A stretch of DNA of 64,000 nt. Origin: the human T2T-CHM13v2.0 reference genome, Homo sapiens. How positions within the stretch are numbered: the stretch's first letter is position 1; every line of letters starts with the position of its first letter. This document shows positions 13,731-27,437 of this stretch, piece after piece. The stretch is taken from assembly GCF_009914755.1 (NCBI RefSeq), contig NC_060935.1. One strand, written 5' to 3'. Made by a program: the position numbers and the translations under genes. A model generated the notes under the pieces. It saw nothing but the letters and a program-made list of their open reading frames with translations, was not told the DNA's origin and did not search any database.

Positions 13731-15259
13731 GTAAAGTGCTCTGGCTTCTGGCTTCTTTCAGTTGTTCTGCATGTCGGGGGGAGAACATCCGTGCCCTTTT
13801 CTCAGATCCTTTTTGCGGGTGCCAACAGCTTGACCAAACGGGACAGAGGAGACTGGGAACCTCCTCTACTCTGGCATCCTGGCTTGCGAAACTAATTTAA
13901 AGAATGTAAAGTTGGTTTCAGGATGGGGGCGGGGCGGCAAAAGAGGTGGGAAGCTGAATTGAGCTGCTTGGGTTAGGGCTGCGTGGGCTCTGTCCTTGGT
14001 CGCGGGGAACAGAAGGCCCTCCCACCCTTCGCCTTCCTGCAAATGAGAAGAGAAGGACACTTCCTGAAGGCAGGAGAACCAGATAGGCCCGCGGGCCTCC
14101 TTCCAGCTCTGACTGTCTCTGGCACTCACCCGCAGACTTCGGATGTGTGGCCAGGCTGGACCATACAGGAAACTCGCTTAAGGTGTTATGTTTCCCTTGA
14201 CAATCCAACATGGAAAGTGGGGGTTGTCAGGAAATTCAACTCCAGCTTATGTTATGCCGGTGGCCAGGTTGGATAAGTTCCTGGGGGCTCATTTGCCCCT
14301 CCTCTGCTGCCCAATTTGGAGCCAGCTTTGAGGAATCGCAAAAGCGTGGCTGGCCCAGCCCCCTTCCCGGGGGTATCCCTGCCTCAGCCTCTCTGAATAC
14401 CTTCTTGCAAGCAGGTCTGGCTTTTGAACCCTCCTAATGTGCTGCTGGACCAGTCTAATTAGAGTTTCTCTATTATCAGCAATAGCCAAATAATGACAGG
14501 AAAAGGGAGAAGATGTGGAACTCTTATAACTTGTTGCTCATTGAGAATTCCTTTATGAAAGTGATGAGAGAAGAAATAGAAAATGAAGACTCACTGGAGC
14601 TTTCTGGATAATCTGTATGTGCTCTTTCTCATTTAGCACTAATCATATAGTTCTATCTGTCTGTGGCCCCTTGCCCTATATGCTGGCCAGTGTTGGGAAT
14701 TAATGAATGCTATCTGGCTCCCTGCGCAGCTGTAAAACAAGTTGGGAAAACAAGAACATTCCAGAAGTTCTGGGAGGAGGTTCCCAAACCAAAATATTTT
14801 ACCCCCGGCACTGTGGCAGCAGTTCGCACCCACAGCCCACAATTTGGCTTTCTCTTTGCAGGGGGACTACTCCCCGTGTTGATACGTGGTTTTCACTTTG
14901 AACATTTGAATCCGGAAACATATGCTGTGTGCTCCTGTGGGTTAGGAAGTAGCTTTTGTTCCTGTATTCCCAGCACCTCGCACAGTGCCAGGCACAAAGT
15001 GTACACTCAATAAATGTTGATTGAATGAAAGGAGTGATGAGGCTAGTGTCTCCATTGCAGCAAGGCTTCAGTCACACAGACGCAAGCTAGAGCAGTGTGT
15101 ACTGTGAGCGATTTGTTATTGGCTCCTCAGTAAAATCCCATCTGTTTGTCTGAGATGATCTTCAGCCCTTCAGGGGACAGACTGATAAGACACATTACAT
15201 AGGCTCCCAGTAAAACATGAGCCTGGGGTGCAGCGGGGAGCTAGCAATTTAGTTCACTG

Positions 15260-15500
15260 GTACCAGCATGATTTTGTAATTAGATCTGGGCTCTAACTCC
15301 GGTGATGCTGATGATCACTGTGTGATCTTGGCCAAATTACTTAACTTCCCTGAGCTCCAGTTTTCTCATTTGTAAAATAAGCCATAAACAGTATCTGCAT
15401 CAGGGGACTATTATGAGGGTTACATGAGATAAAGTATGTAAGTAAATGTTAAGCCCTTACCATAGTTTATGGCACATAGTAGGAGTTCAGTAAACCTTAA
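15260..15500 (+). mobile_element. MIR
   Basis: MIR core 'tgtgtgatcttggccaaattacttaacttccctgagctccagttttctcatttgtaaaat...ggcacatagtagg'. Confidence 0.72.
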
Positions 15501-16067
15501 CTGTTGTCTTTAGGTCAGAGGGCTGACTGTCAGTAGCAGAAAACCCCGTGGATCTGATGCTTTTAGCTTCTGCTTACACCAGAGACTGGGCAAATTCTCA
15601 GTCCTGCTGCACAGGCAGAGGGTTCCAGAATAGAGGAGCCCATGCCTGACTTCAGGAAGCCTCTCTTACCTTAAAGAACCACCAGAGACACCCCCTTTAA
15701 GCCACATTATCCCCTGAGACTCCCTAATGAAAGTGTTATTTGTGTGCCTTTCAGTGAAACCATAAATCTTCATCTACTTCTCTTCTAAAGGACAGTCAAA
15801 ATAAAACATTTGCTTTTTAAGATTCTGTAATGGAACAAACAAAACATGATGTCCCTACACAATATAGGCATCAGAGTTTAAATCACTACATCTCCATGCT
15901 GGAAGGAGTATTAATTTGCTCTGAGAACCCCAACTGACATGATAACAGTCTACTGATGTGTAACCAAAATTCCTACCCAGGGATACCTTCCTTTGGATGC
16001 CTCCACGTATCCCTGCCCCGGTATACTTTTTGAGACACTGAAATAGATTGGCTTCTTTTTTCTCTAG

Positions 16068-16365
16068 GGCAGCCAGTCTGCCGGGGAGGGACACAGAGGC
16101 CTTGTTATAAAGTCATTTACTTCCATGATACTTCTCGAAGACTGAACTTTGAGGAAGCCAAAGAAGCCTGCAGGAGGGATGGAGGCCAGCTAGTCAGCAT
16201 CGAGTCTGAAGATGAACAGAAACTGATAGAAAAGTTCATTGAAAACCTCTTGCCATCTGATGGTGACTTCTGGATTGGGCTCAGGAGGCGTGAGGAGAAA
16301 CAAAGCAATAGCACAGCCTGCCAGGACCTTTATGCTTGGACTGATGGCAGCATATCACAATTTAG
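16068..16365 (+). CDS. LAYN: Layilin exon 3: N-terminal half of the C-type lectin domain (GQPVCRGG...CYKVIYF...FWIGL...SQF)
   Basis: ttttttctctag| acceptor, AG|gtaagt donor; contains the CTLD WIGL motif and conserved cysteines. Confidence 0.97.
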
Positions 16366-17229
16366 GTAAGTGTGTGGAACCCACAGCTGCTGACTCACTT
16401 GACATAACTCAAAAAAGAGGCAGGCTGGATCCACAGTGCCAGATCAGTGGGGAAGAGAAGACCAACCAGGCAGATCTCTGAAGGGAAAGTAGCACCAGAA
16501 TAGCTGCTGACCTAAGCAGTGCAGGTGGTGAACTTAGCCTTGATTTGGGCCCAACTGATGTCCAAGGAACTCTGTTCAGGTGAGTGCAGCCCAGCAGCCT
16601 TGTTTCAACAGCATATAATGCTTGAAGCCAGTTGTTCTGGCTCTCTGGCCTTTTGGACCAGAACCTCATGGAGAGACTGAAGATCCAAAGGGCTATGACT
16701 CAGGGTAGGACTCCAGTCCACAGGGAATTGTAATAATGGGCAAGAAATCAGAGCCAAGATCTAACTCTGTGGATTGGCCAAAAGTGGGGACCTCAGGAAG
16801 CCTGCAGTGTGTAGGGCCCTGCTAAACCCACAGCATCAAGACTCACTCATCCCCTACCCTGGAAACATGACATTGCCATCATCCCTCCCTAAGAAATGCA
16901 ATGACATAGACAAACATTTAAAAAATATCAAAATTAAAAGACAGACATGAGACTAGGAGAATGCGTGTAACAGATCCAACAAAGAGTTAATATCTTTTTA
17001 TGATAAAGAGTTTATATGTCAATAAAATACTAAGACCCCAAAATATAAAGAGACAAAAGACCTGAGCAGACCGTTTATAAAATAAAAAATCTAATGGTAA
17101 ACAATCATATGGGGAAAGGTCTAAACTCATCAAAAGAATGAAGATTTTAAAATATATTCTTTAACATATACCTACTATGTACCCCCCCAAAATTTAACAA
17201 ATATATATATATATATATATTTTTTACCT

Positions 17230-20200
17230 ATTACATTTAAGGCAGCACATCAGCATCTATCTTAGTCCACCCATTACACTGATCAGGTGCACATCTTCAT
17301 ATAAGTTCTGGGAGTAGCTCCTCCAGGATTCTCATGAGCCTGTCTTCCTGGGAGAAACTTTAGAAAGGAGGGTTAGTAGGATGAACTACACTTCCTATCA
17401 GTGCAGCTGGTCCCAAGGCCACAGATGGTACTTATTGACTTCCCTACTCTATTAGCCAGTCCAGATTCCCTTACCGTCTGCTGGTCTCAACGGTTGACCT
17501 TGTGGCATGATCCACATCCTCATATCTGAAGAATCTGGGGTCCTAGTTGCCTTGCCCTTATCATGCTAGAGTTAGTGCACTTTTCTATTGACCATCAAAA
17601 TTGGGCAAGCAAATTCCAAGAGGTACCCAAATAGATAACTCCTTGCCCATAATACATAACAGCAGGCCTATCTCCTCCCGATGGTTAGGGCCACTTTCCT
17701 CCTGCCAAAACAATGTCTTCTCTTTTTCTCTGCTGGTCCCTGGACACAAAGATTCCAGAGTGTCCAAATGACAGTGATAACTCATCGTTTAGTAAGATTC
17801 TTGTATCTTCTGACAGTCCCCTGTGGGAACCAGGACCTCTAAACTTCCAGATCCCAGTGTTGCAGAGACAAGAAGCACAAATTCCTACGTGGGTCACTGC
17901 CAGCGATTCTAAAATGAGGCTACTCCTGCTTCCACCCCTCAGCTCCCAAACCCATGTATTCTTATTCTTGGAAACACAGGACTGTATAAAGGGCACGTGA
18001 GTTATTGCCTTTTTCAGAAGTCCCATGTAATCAACTTGCCACCAAGTGCTATGTTGGTGTCCTCAAGTGTTGGTGCTGTGTCAAAGACTTAGCATTGGTT
18101 TCTGTTGCTGGAAGTTGAACATTCGGCAGTAGCAATAGCTAGATTAGCCCTAGTGAATGAGAGCCAATCTGTTGAGGCCATCCATAGCCTTCATCTCTGC
18201 CACTACCTATTAGTATCTATTGTACTAGCACTGGGGTGGCTAATAACAGGCTGGCTGGCATTACCTAGCTGAGTTATTTTGTCTCCCTGCTTGTTCAGTG
18301 CCTCTTCTAAGTAGATGTTTCCTGGTGGTCTTTAATATCTGATGAAAAGAGTTGCATATTTTATGTTCACTCTTCTATGTATAGTCACATCCCTCTATCC
18401 AAAACCTCCTAGTCCACAATCTTCCAGTCTATTTCCATTTAGACTCTTGATCAGCTGGGCATGCTATTTACCTTACCCCTAGTTCTTATATAATCTAATC
18501 TCCAATAATTTCCCTTTCCTTACAAAGTGGTTAACTAGATGTACCAACTAAAGCTCTGGCCATTGGGAAGATGTTCCCTTACTGGTCTCTTTCAAGGCCA
18601 CCTCAGTGAAACTGCAGTGCAGCTGCTGTCCATTTCACTGTGTACTCCCATACTTAGCTGACCTACCCTTGAACCAGGCTCAGGCTGCCTGTATCAGCTA
18701 GTCACAAGGGATTCCTCCATGCAGTCACAGATGTGAGCTAAGGAAGAGGCTCTGGTCCAGCAGTGGCAGATGTCATGGAAGTCTGCTTTACCTGCTTATG
18801 CAGTGCTCTTTGGTCCTGGATGTACCTCTTCCATCTTACAACGGATCTATTCCAAGCTTGCCTAATCTCCGATTAGGTGTGTCTGACAGTTCCTTGCTCA
18901 TGATGGGCAGGTTGTGCTTCATGGTCTCTGGTGCTCCTTGCCTAGTAGCCAGCCAGGAATTGTTTCTCAAAAGGTGACTAATTTTCAGCTACAGATGGTA
19001 TGGCCTTGCTTCAAAATCCTATGGGTCTGCATGTGATTCTGTCATTGAGGCTTGTCACAAACTCTGTATGGCATAATTTTTCCCACCACTGACATCTCTA
19101 ATAATAGGAGCTGCTGCATCATATGGCCCAAGTGGCAAATCTGCTTGCACACAGCCTAGATCCACTTCAGAGTTCTTTTCTGCTGTGACTCCTACTCAAA
19201 ATGGCTGTATTCCATGTCACCTGGTTTATGGGCCAGAGCAATATTCCCAGGTGTGAAATATGCTGCCTCTAGAGCCCAAAGAGACCTACCATGTGCTATG
19301 CTTCATTCTTCAAATTACTGCAAGATGCAATAGTTTGTTCTTCAATTTGAAAGGGATGTTCTGGTATTCCCTAGATCACTAGACACCCACACATTTTATT
19401 GAAGTGGTAGGCTCCTGAATCTTCATAAGATTTATCTCCAACCCTCTGGAGTACATAAGTCTTACCAAGGCATCCAGTGTACTAACCACTTCTTGCTCAT
19501 CTGTTCCAATTAGCATGATGTCAGCCATATAGTAGGTCAGTGTGATTTTCTGCAAGATGTCTAGGAAATCCAGATCTCTTTACACCATATTATGACAGAG
19601 GACGGTAAAAATTAATATAGCCTTGAGTCAAGACCATAAGTATATACTGTTGTCCATCCCAACAAACTGTTTCAGATTATCTTTCTGATACAGAAGGAAA
19701 AGAATGTGTTCACCGGATCTGCATACTAGGTACCCAAGGGCATGTTAACCTGCTTTAGCAAAGACACCACATATGGCACAGGCAGCCACAATCAGGCTTC
19801 CACTTGGTTGAGTTTGTGCTACTCTATTATCACCTTCAGGATCTGCCTGGTGTTTTCAGGAGTCAAGACTAGTGAATTAACTAGAGATGCAATGGGGAAC
19901 ACCACTCTTGGATTCTTTGGGTCTTTAAGGGTGACACTACTTCCTGCCATCTTTCCCTGGATAAGATATTGTTGTTGATTTATTATCATGGCAGGGGTGG
20001 GGAGGAGTGCAGTTTCAAAGGCTTCCCCACTTGACATTCTCCACCGTGATAGCTCTTGCCCCACAGGTAAGTAGACCAAGAGACGACGCAGCTCAACCTG
20101 CCCATCATAGGCCAAGGAACCAATGTGGAACTGTACCAACTAAAAATATGTCTGTTCAATTCATATATTTGGGGACTGGGGAATGATGACTGGCTGGGTG

Positions 20201-20500
20201 CCACTATGAGCTGATCCTGGGCCAGACCTCTACTTAATACCTGTCCCCAGTATGCTCCCATTCTAATGGGTAGCTTTGATGACACTTTAAGTCTGAGTAT
20301 TAATGTCAACTTGCACCCTGTGTCCAACAGCCCTTGTAATATTTGGATATTCCCTCTTCCCCGCTGTATGGTTACTGGAGGAAATAGCCATGGATCCCTT
20401 TAGGGAAAAACGGGAAGTTATTACCATGTGCACCTGCCGTGGTGTTGCAAGGTCCTTCTTACTGGAAACCTGGCCTCTCTATCAGTGAGTTCTGGGTCTG
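17230..20500 (-). mobile_element. Decayed ERV-L (class III) internal region with protease, RT and dUTPase remnants in LAYN intron 3
   Basis: Minus-strand translations: DTGCKLTLI...GAYWGQVLSRGLAQ (protease-like, ~20200-20327); ITLTYYMADIMLIG (19505-19546, degenerate YIDD RT motif); EDTRILLNDELSLSFGHSG...VLAG and EEIGLLL (~17650-17815, dUTPase-like). Many stops and frameshifts; boundaries approximate. Confidence 0.8.
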
Positions 20501-21762
20501 AAAATTGGCTCAAGTACAGAAATTATACACCAGACATAATATTCAACCTATAAGACAAAATAATGTAAAGCCATAAGGCCAGTGGGGAGGGGAACAAGGC
20601 AAGTCAGGGTAGGAGGCCCAACAGGGCTGGAATCTGGACTGGAGATAACTAATGAGGTGCCCCCAGCTGTCCAGTCATAGTATCCAAGGAGTGTTTATTG
20701 TAAGCTAAGCTATTTTCCAGGAAATTCAATCCAGTGAGTGCAGCAAAGGATGTTCCTTTTAGTAGACAACAATACAGGACTTAAGCAGAGCCTTACTGTG
20801 GCGCTACAGGGAGAGCTGTCTCTTGCTGTCTCTTTCCTGAAGAGGGCTCTGACAAGAGCTAAGCAGAGCAGCATTGCCTGCTCTGAGCATCAGAGCAAGA
20901 TCTGAGCCCTAGAAGGAAACAGCTCAGGCAACTAACCAGGGAGGTTACAAAGCCCAGCCCTGAGTCAGCACATGGGGTGGGTACTCACAGATGTAAACGC
21001 TCCATAAGATCCAAGGCTTTAACCTGGCACCCACATATCCAACTGGGTGGCAGCACCATTTAGTTTCAAGTGCCACTGGATAGTAGTGTAAGGTTGCTAA
21101 TGCACCCCTCTAGGGGGCTAGGGAGACAAAGACAAGACATCTGGAGGTAGAGGCTGAGGGGCTCATCAGCCTTATCAAGTGGAAACAACTTAAAAACTGA
21201 AAAAGACCAAATGGTCCTCCTGCTTTTGTCCCCACCCTTTCACCTGTTTTGACAGCCTCTATGTTTGGAATGTCTTGCTCATGTGCTTGAATTTCTTATC
21301 TACTTCCCAGGGCTGAAAAGGCAGTTGGTGGCTGTTGAAAATCATGGAGAGATGAGAGCAGGGCAAGCTCTGGATGAGATAAGCCATGTCTCTTCTCAGT
21401 GCATCTGAGATCTAAAAAAAGACAAACAAACCCAATTAGCAAAAAGCAAGAAAGAAATAAGATCGTCCAGACTAGCCCTGCTGGCTGCTTTTTCTCATAA
21501 TTACTTTACAGACATCATATGGTGGCATGTTCCTCCCTGCAAAGAGATTGTGGCAAATGTCAGATGATTGATTGTGATGTCCATATGAGAATGCGTGTGG
21601 TTCTGCTTACTGGCAGTACTTCAATTCCTACCTCTCTCTGTATCATGTTCTGAGGCAGAATCTTATGTTTATGGCTCAGTGAGACTTGACGGGAAAACAA
21701 AGGCTTTGAAGTCTCAGGGGATCCTTCTCCAGTTGCCTCTACTGCTGATCCCTTCCCTACAG

Positions 21763-21920
21763 GAACTGGTATGTGGATGAGCCGTCCTGCGGCAGCGAGG
21801 TCTGCGTGGTCATGTACCATCAGCCATCGGCACCCGCTGGCATCGGAGGCCCCTACATGTTCCAGTGGAATGATGACCGGTGCAACATGAAGAACAATTT
21901 CATTTGCAAATATTCTGATG
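21763..21920 (+). CDS. LAYN: Layilin exon 4: C-terminal half of the C-type lectin domain (NWYVDEPSCGSEVCV...WNDDRC...FICKYSD)
   Basis: ccctacag| acceptor, G|gtaatg donor; EPS and WND motifs and terminal FICK. Confidence 0.97.
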
Positions 21921-24900
21921 GTAATGAATCCTCTCCCAAGCTATGCGGCTGAATTCTCAACTTCTCTCATTTCATGAGCTGCTGCTAGTACCAAGAATTT
22001 GTCATGTGGTCTCTGAGAAAGCTTGTTGCAAATGCCAGCAACATAAAACCTTAAGAATTCTTGTAAAGGGCAATGTAATGACAATTCCTCACCGAGGAGT
22101 AATCCTAGCAAAGGAAAGGTTATCAGATGTTAAGAGAAGGGATGAGAAAAAGAAAAGGTCTAATTTATGTGTGATAAAGCAAGTCTTACAAGAACGTCAG
22201 GAAATAAGCCCTTTAAGTGGACAGCCACAAATTATTACTCTTTCCACATGTGAGGTTGGCTGTAGGGGCTTAGAATAAGCTGGCCATTGCTCCTACAAGT
22301 CTTCTAACAGCCCAGTGAGATTATTTTCTGGGGTTTTAAGGAAGCACGATACATATGTAAATGATAAAGTACACCAACTGCACTTTCACTGGGCAGAGAT
22401 AGCAGGTAATTTGATGAGCAGATTTAAACTCTCAGACCACCCTGTATTTAATGCCTTGCAAATTCAACTTACGTTTGCTTCCAGATCTGTTAGGGTTTTG
22501 AACTGGCTACAAGCTTGTAGTTTTGCTATACTTGGGTTTCCCAGACTTCTCCATTATAACTGACAGATTTGAATTTGAACTGATTCTTAATCTGCCCTTG
22601 AAGTTTCTCACTTCCCTAAAGCCAACTGCTTAGCCCCAATTCTGCATTCTTTCTTGATAGGAGTAGAGTGACTTGTTAGTTATATCTAGTTTGGGACTAA
22701 GTAATCCTGTCATTTTAAAATTGTTTGAACTGGACTATGGTTTGGTGGCAATTTTTGCTGCTAAAAGATGTTTTTCTCTCTCTTTGTCCTCTCGGATGAA
22801 TTCTTCTCTCCAGTGACCTGGCCCTCCCCACCATACAGCGTTGTCTCAGGCGGGGAGATTGCAAAGACCTAGACTGACTTAGCAAGTCACCTTTATGAAG
22901 CAGTGAAAGCAAGGCACTTGTTACATACTGGCTTTCCATCACTTTTGTTAATTATATTCTATTATTAATAGCTCCATGGTTTAAATTTTTGCACTTCCTT
23001 TAACAGTTTTTGAAATGTGAGGTTTTGAAATTTGCTTTAATATCCTTTTATTTTGGACTTGGCACCTTCTTAGAAAAAATCATATTCTTCATTACTTTTG
23101 TTATTGCCTATATTAGTCACACTAAGTCCTGGCAAGAAAAAGATGGCACACACAAAGGGTTTAATGAGGAAAGTGTAATAAAAGGGACATTTGCTGAGGT
23201 GTAGGCCAAGAGCAAGAGATGGTAAAATATCCAGGGACTAGCTACAATGGGGAACTGTTATGTCCAGGCCTGAAGGAATAAAAGGAGGGAATGGTTTTAG
23301 CAGAACCCGGGAAAAGCTTGGGGTCATGAAAGAGGACCCGCCCAACAGGAGCTATTACCACAAAATGCAGCTACTATCAAACCATGCTGACGTGGGATGG
23401 GGGCATGGGGAATAAATACTGAGACTTCTCTTTCCTTCTATCCTCTGACCTTCTGCCTTTGCCTCTCATTGGCTAAGTCCAATCAGAGACCAAAGAACAA
23501 GGGAACAAGGAAGCCCCATTGAAACAGTTTATAGACCTCAACCTCCCAAGGCACAGAGGACAGAGAATGGATCCAACAGAGGGAGGTGGGCACATGGAGA
23601 AAAACTAACACACTGCCTGTTTTTGGCCACCCATGCTCAGAATAGTTTACACACCTTAGCATGCCAGAAGAGGATCGGCACAACCAGACCCTTGCCGACC
23701 TGTCCAGCTCAATTCTCACCACTTTAACTCCTCTCCTCATCCTATTCCAACACCTTTGTACCAAATGGAATTTCCCAAGAGCTCTTAATTTCTGTTTCCT
23801 GTGCTTGAAACACCCCTTTCCCAGCCAACTCATTCTCACCCTTTGGCTTCAGATTAGACAACACCTTCTCTCCTAACAGCTAAGTGCAACCAGTGATCCT
23901 GGGTTGGATCCTGAACATGATGTGATGATTTCCTATAAATGGCATTATTAGGAAAATCGGTAGAATCTGAATAAGATCAGTAGATTAGAAAATAGTATTG
24001 CATCAATGTTAATTTCTTGCTTTTGATCATTGTACTGTGGTTATACATGAAAAGGCCCCTTTCCCTTTGTAAATATGGACAAAAATCTTTAGGAGTAAAG
24101 GGGCACCATGCTGGCAACTTGTTTGCAGGAAAAATGTTATGTATGTGTATGTGTGTGTATATATATATATATATATGCATGTATGCACACACACATAAAC
24201 GTGTGTATGTGATACAAAGATAGAGGAGAGATAAGAAAGAGGGAGAATAATTAAGTAAATGAAATGTGATGAAATGATAAGGTGAAGGATATGGGATAAT
24301 TCTTTGTACCATTCTTGCAAATTTTCATAAATCTGAAATATTTCAAAATAAGAAGTTAAAAAAATAACTTCCTTTGGAAAGCCTTCCAGAGCCCCTCAAA
24401 GCTAGGTTTGGTGTCTCTCCTATAAGGATCGTAGCACCTCACCCACACAGTACTTTAACTACCTATTTATAAGGCTGTCCCCTTCACTACATGATTGGCA
24501 TGAAGTCTGGAAACTTACCTGTTTAACCACTTGATGGGCTGGGGAAGCTCACTCCTGTGGTTCCAGCAGGAGGGCGCATCATCCCATTATGTCAGAGTGG
24601 CAAGGAACTGGGTGAATGATAATATGTAAAACTAGATTTGAGAAAATAATCATGTAGAGTAGGCAGCATGCTAGCCATAGCTGAACACTTGCTTACTTCT
24701 GGGTTGTGCTAAAGGCACAGGCATATTCAGTGAATATCAGAAACAAATCATGAGGCAACACAGATGCACGTGCAGGGATTGATGGAAATGCTGCAATGAT
24801 GTGCCGTTTTTAACTTTGCACCGTGGATTGAAGTATGGAGGGACAACAGTATGAATAGATCATGTGTTGAACAGATCATGTTATTACGTATTCCAGTGTA

Positions 24901-25127
24901 ATATCACAAAATCAATGTTCATTAATATTTTCCTGTATTTCCAGATTTTATGGCTATCCTGTAGAATATAAGCTTCTTAGAGGGCTGAGATTCTTTCTTG
25001 TTTGCTGTTTTATCTCCGCTACCTAGCACAGTTATGTCTCCTTACTATTTTAATTTTCGTTAGAATGTGTTTGGTTGAAATTCCTTTACAGCTACTTATC
25101 AGCTGTGAGATTTGGGCAAGTTACTTA

Positions 25128-25430
<303 letters not shown>

Positions 25431-25458
25431 TTATCAGGATTAATTGAGTTTGATTTTA

Positions 25459-25845
<387 letters not shown>

Positions 25846-25855
25846 TTACATCACC

Positions 25856-25858
<3 letters not shown>

Positions 25859-25900
<42 letters not shown>
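25859..25900 (+). repeat. (AC)n microsatellite
   Basis: About 21 perfect AC units. Confidence 0.95.
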
Positions 25901-25902
<2 letters not shown>

Positions 25903-26707
25903 ATGGGAAGATGACTAAAAGTTTTTGTCCTTTCTGAGTGAAACTTCAGAATGGGCTTGACATCCTGGCCTTAAGACTGTGATTTTTAAGGTCTTTCCCT
26001 TAAAGACCCTGTCCCTACGAACACCAGAGCATCTGATTGGCATAAGAGACTCATTGCCAATACAACAGGTGGACACACTCCCAGTCAAAAGCAAAAACAT
26101 TTGATGTCAATTATCTGTACAACCTGATATTCTCAAGTCACTTTGAAATATGTACAAAAGCTCAGAGCTCTAGATCACCAGCCTCTGCCTTGGTGCTGGC
26201 CAGTGGTCTACTGAGCCCCTAAACCACTTTCACTACTTGGAGATCAGTGTTTGTTGCCCTCTAAAACATCCCCATTATGAACTGAAAAAATGTCTTAGAC
26301 TGCTTTAAAATAATCCAGGCCAGGAGTGCAGGGGAGAGGAGTAGGGATTATTGTTGAAACTAGATGAGCTGTACATTGATAGGAGTTGAAGCTGCATGAC
26401 GATACACAGGGTACATTATACCAGTTTTTCTACTTTTTTGTATATTTGGAAATTATCATATTTAAACGTTTTTAAATACTTTTTTAAAAACAAAAAAGCA
26501 CCAAAATAAAGCTGGGGAAGGTTAGTTTTTGTGCAAAAGCAATTATTTTGATTTACTAGCCCAGTTCCTGATATCTGATAACAACAAATAAAGTTTATCG
26601 GAGGAATGAATCAGCAAATAAATGGATGCCATGAGGCTGTGGTTGATTTCATTCAGATGCCATAAAAACTTACTACTTATTTTTGTTTTTGTTTCTTTCT
26701 ACTACAG

Positions 26708-26740
26708 AGAAACCAGCAGTTCCTTCTAGAGAAGCTGAAG
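26708..26740 (+). CDS. LAYN: Layilin exon 5: 33-nt stalk exon (EKPAVPSREAE)
   Basis: Long T-rich tract + actacag| acceptor, AAG|gtaagc donor, phase 1-1. Confidence 0.93.
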
Positions 26741-27353
26741 GTAAGCCTGTTACTTGAGATTTGGGTTAACTGGGGCTGTTTCATAGCCCCTCTTCACAGG
26801 TTTAAAGCCCTATGTCCTTTGGACTGGATTATTCAACAGAAAAACTAGTGGTATTAACTCAGGCATTTGGGACAGGTATACACCACACCCAGCCATGACA
26901 GCTAGTTTAGTCATCTCATTTTCTAGTGTTCTCACAGCTGAAAAGCAACAGTTACAAATTTTGTTTGGGGTGTTACTTGTCATCATTGACAATATCAAAG
27001 GAATAATTTAATCTAATGAGACCAAAAAAAATGAGCCAAACTGTTAATTTATGGTCCTAGAAGTGAGTCCTTGGCCCTTACCCTTGACACCTTGGTATTT
27101 TATGTACCTTGATGTCAGCTGCTTCTTGATTGTTTTAGTACTGGATTCTTGACAGCAAGGGTCTCACCAAAAAGACAAAGATAATTTAAACCTCTAGTGC
27201 AGCAAATTCAACCCTTTACTTTTCTACGTTTATAGATGGTGCTGGCAAAATTTCTACAGCTTTTTTGCATCCCAATTTGAACATGGTAGGACCTCAAAGA
27301 ATACCTGAATTATGCCTTTCTTCAAGTTCACAAGTCCATGTGTCTCTCTCCAG

Positions 27354-27437
27354 GTGAGGAAACAGAGCTGACAACACCTGTACTTCCAGAAGAAACACAG
27401 GAAGAAGATGCCAAAAAAACATTTAAAGAAAGTAGAG
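27354..27437 (+). CDS. LAYN: Layilin exon 6: acidic stalk (GEETELTTPVLPEETQEEDAKKTFKESR)
   Basis: ctctctccag| acceptor, GAG|gtatct donor, 84 nt, phase 1-1. Confidence 0.93.

Noticed and set aside
12207-13788. Many long overlapping ORFs on both strands (e.g. 237, 180, 164 aa)
   Set aside because: Expected in a CpG island; low-complexity R/G/P/A composition and no recognisable domain.
17585-20327. Possible domesticated retroviral gene
   Set aside because: Fragmented by stops and frameshifts, and the RT catalytic motif is destroyed (YMAD).
21101-21122. CTCF-like CCTCTAGGGGGCTA, and a similar partial motif near 58606-58624
   Set aside because: Mismatches at core positions; such matches occur by chance in 64 kb.
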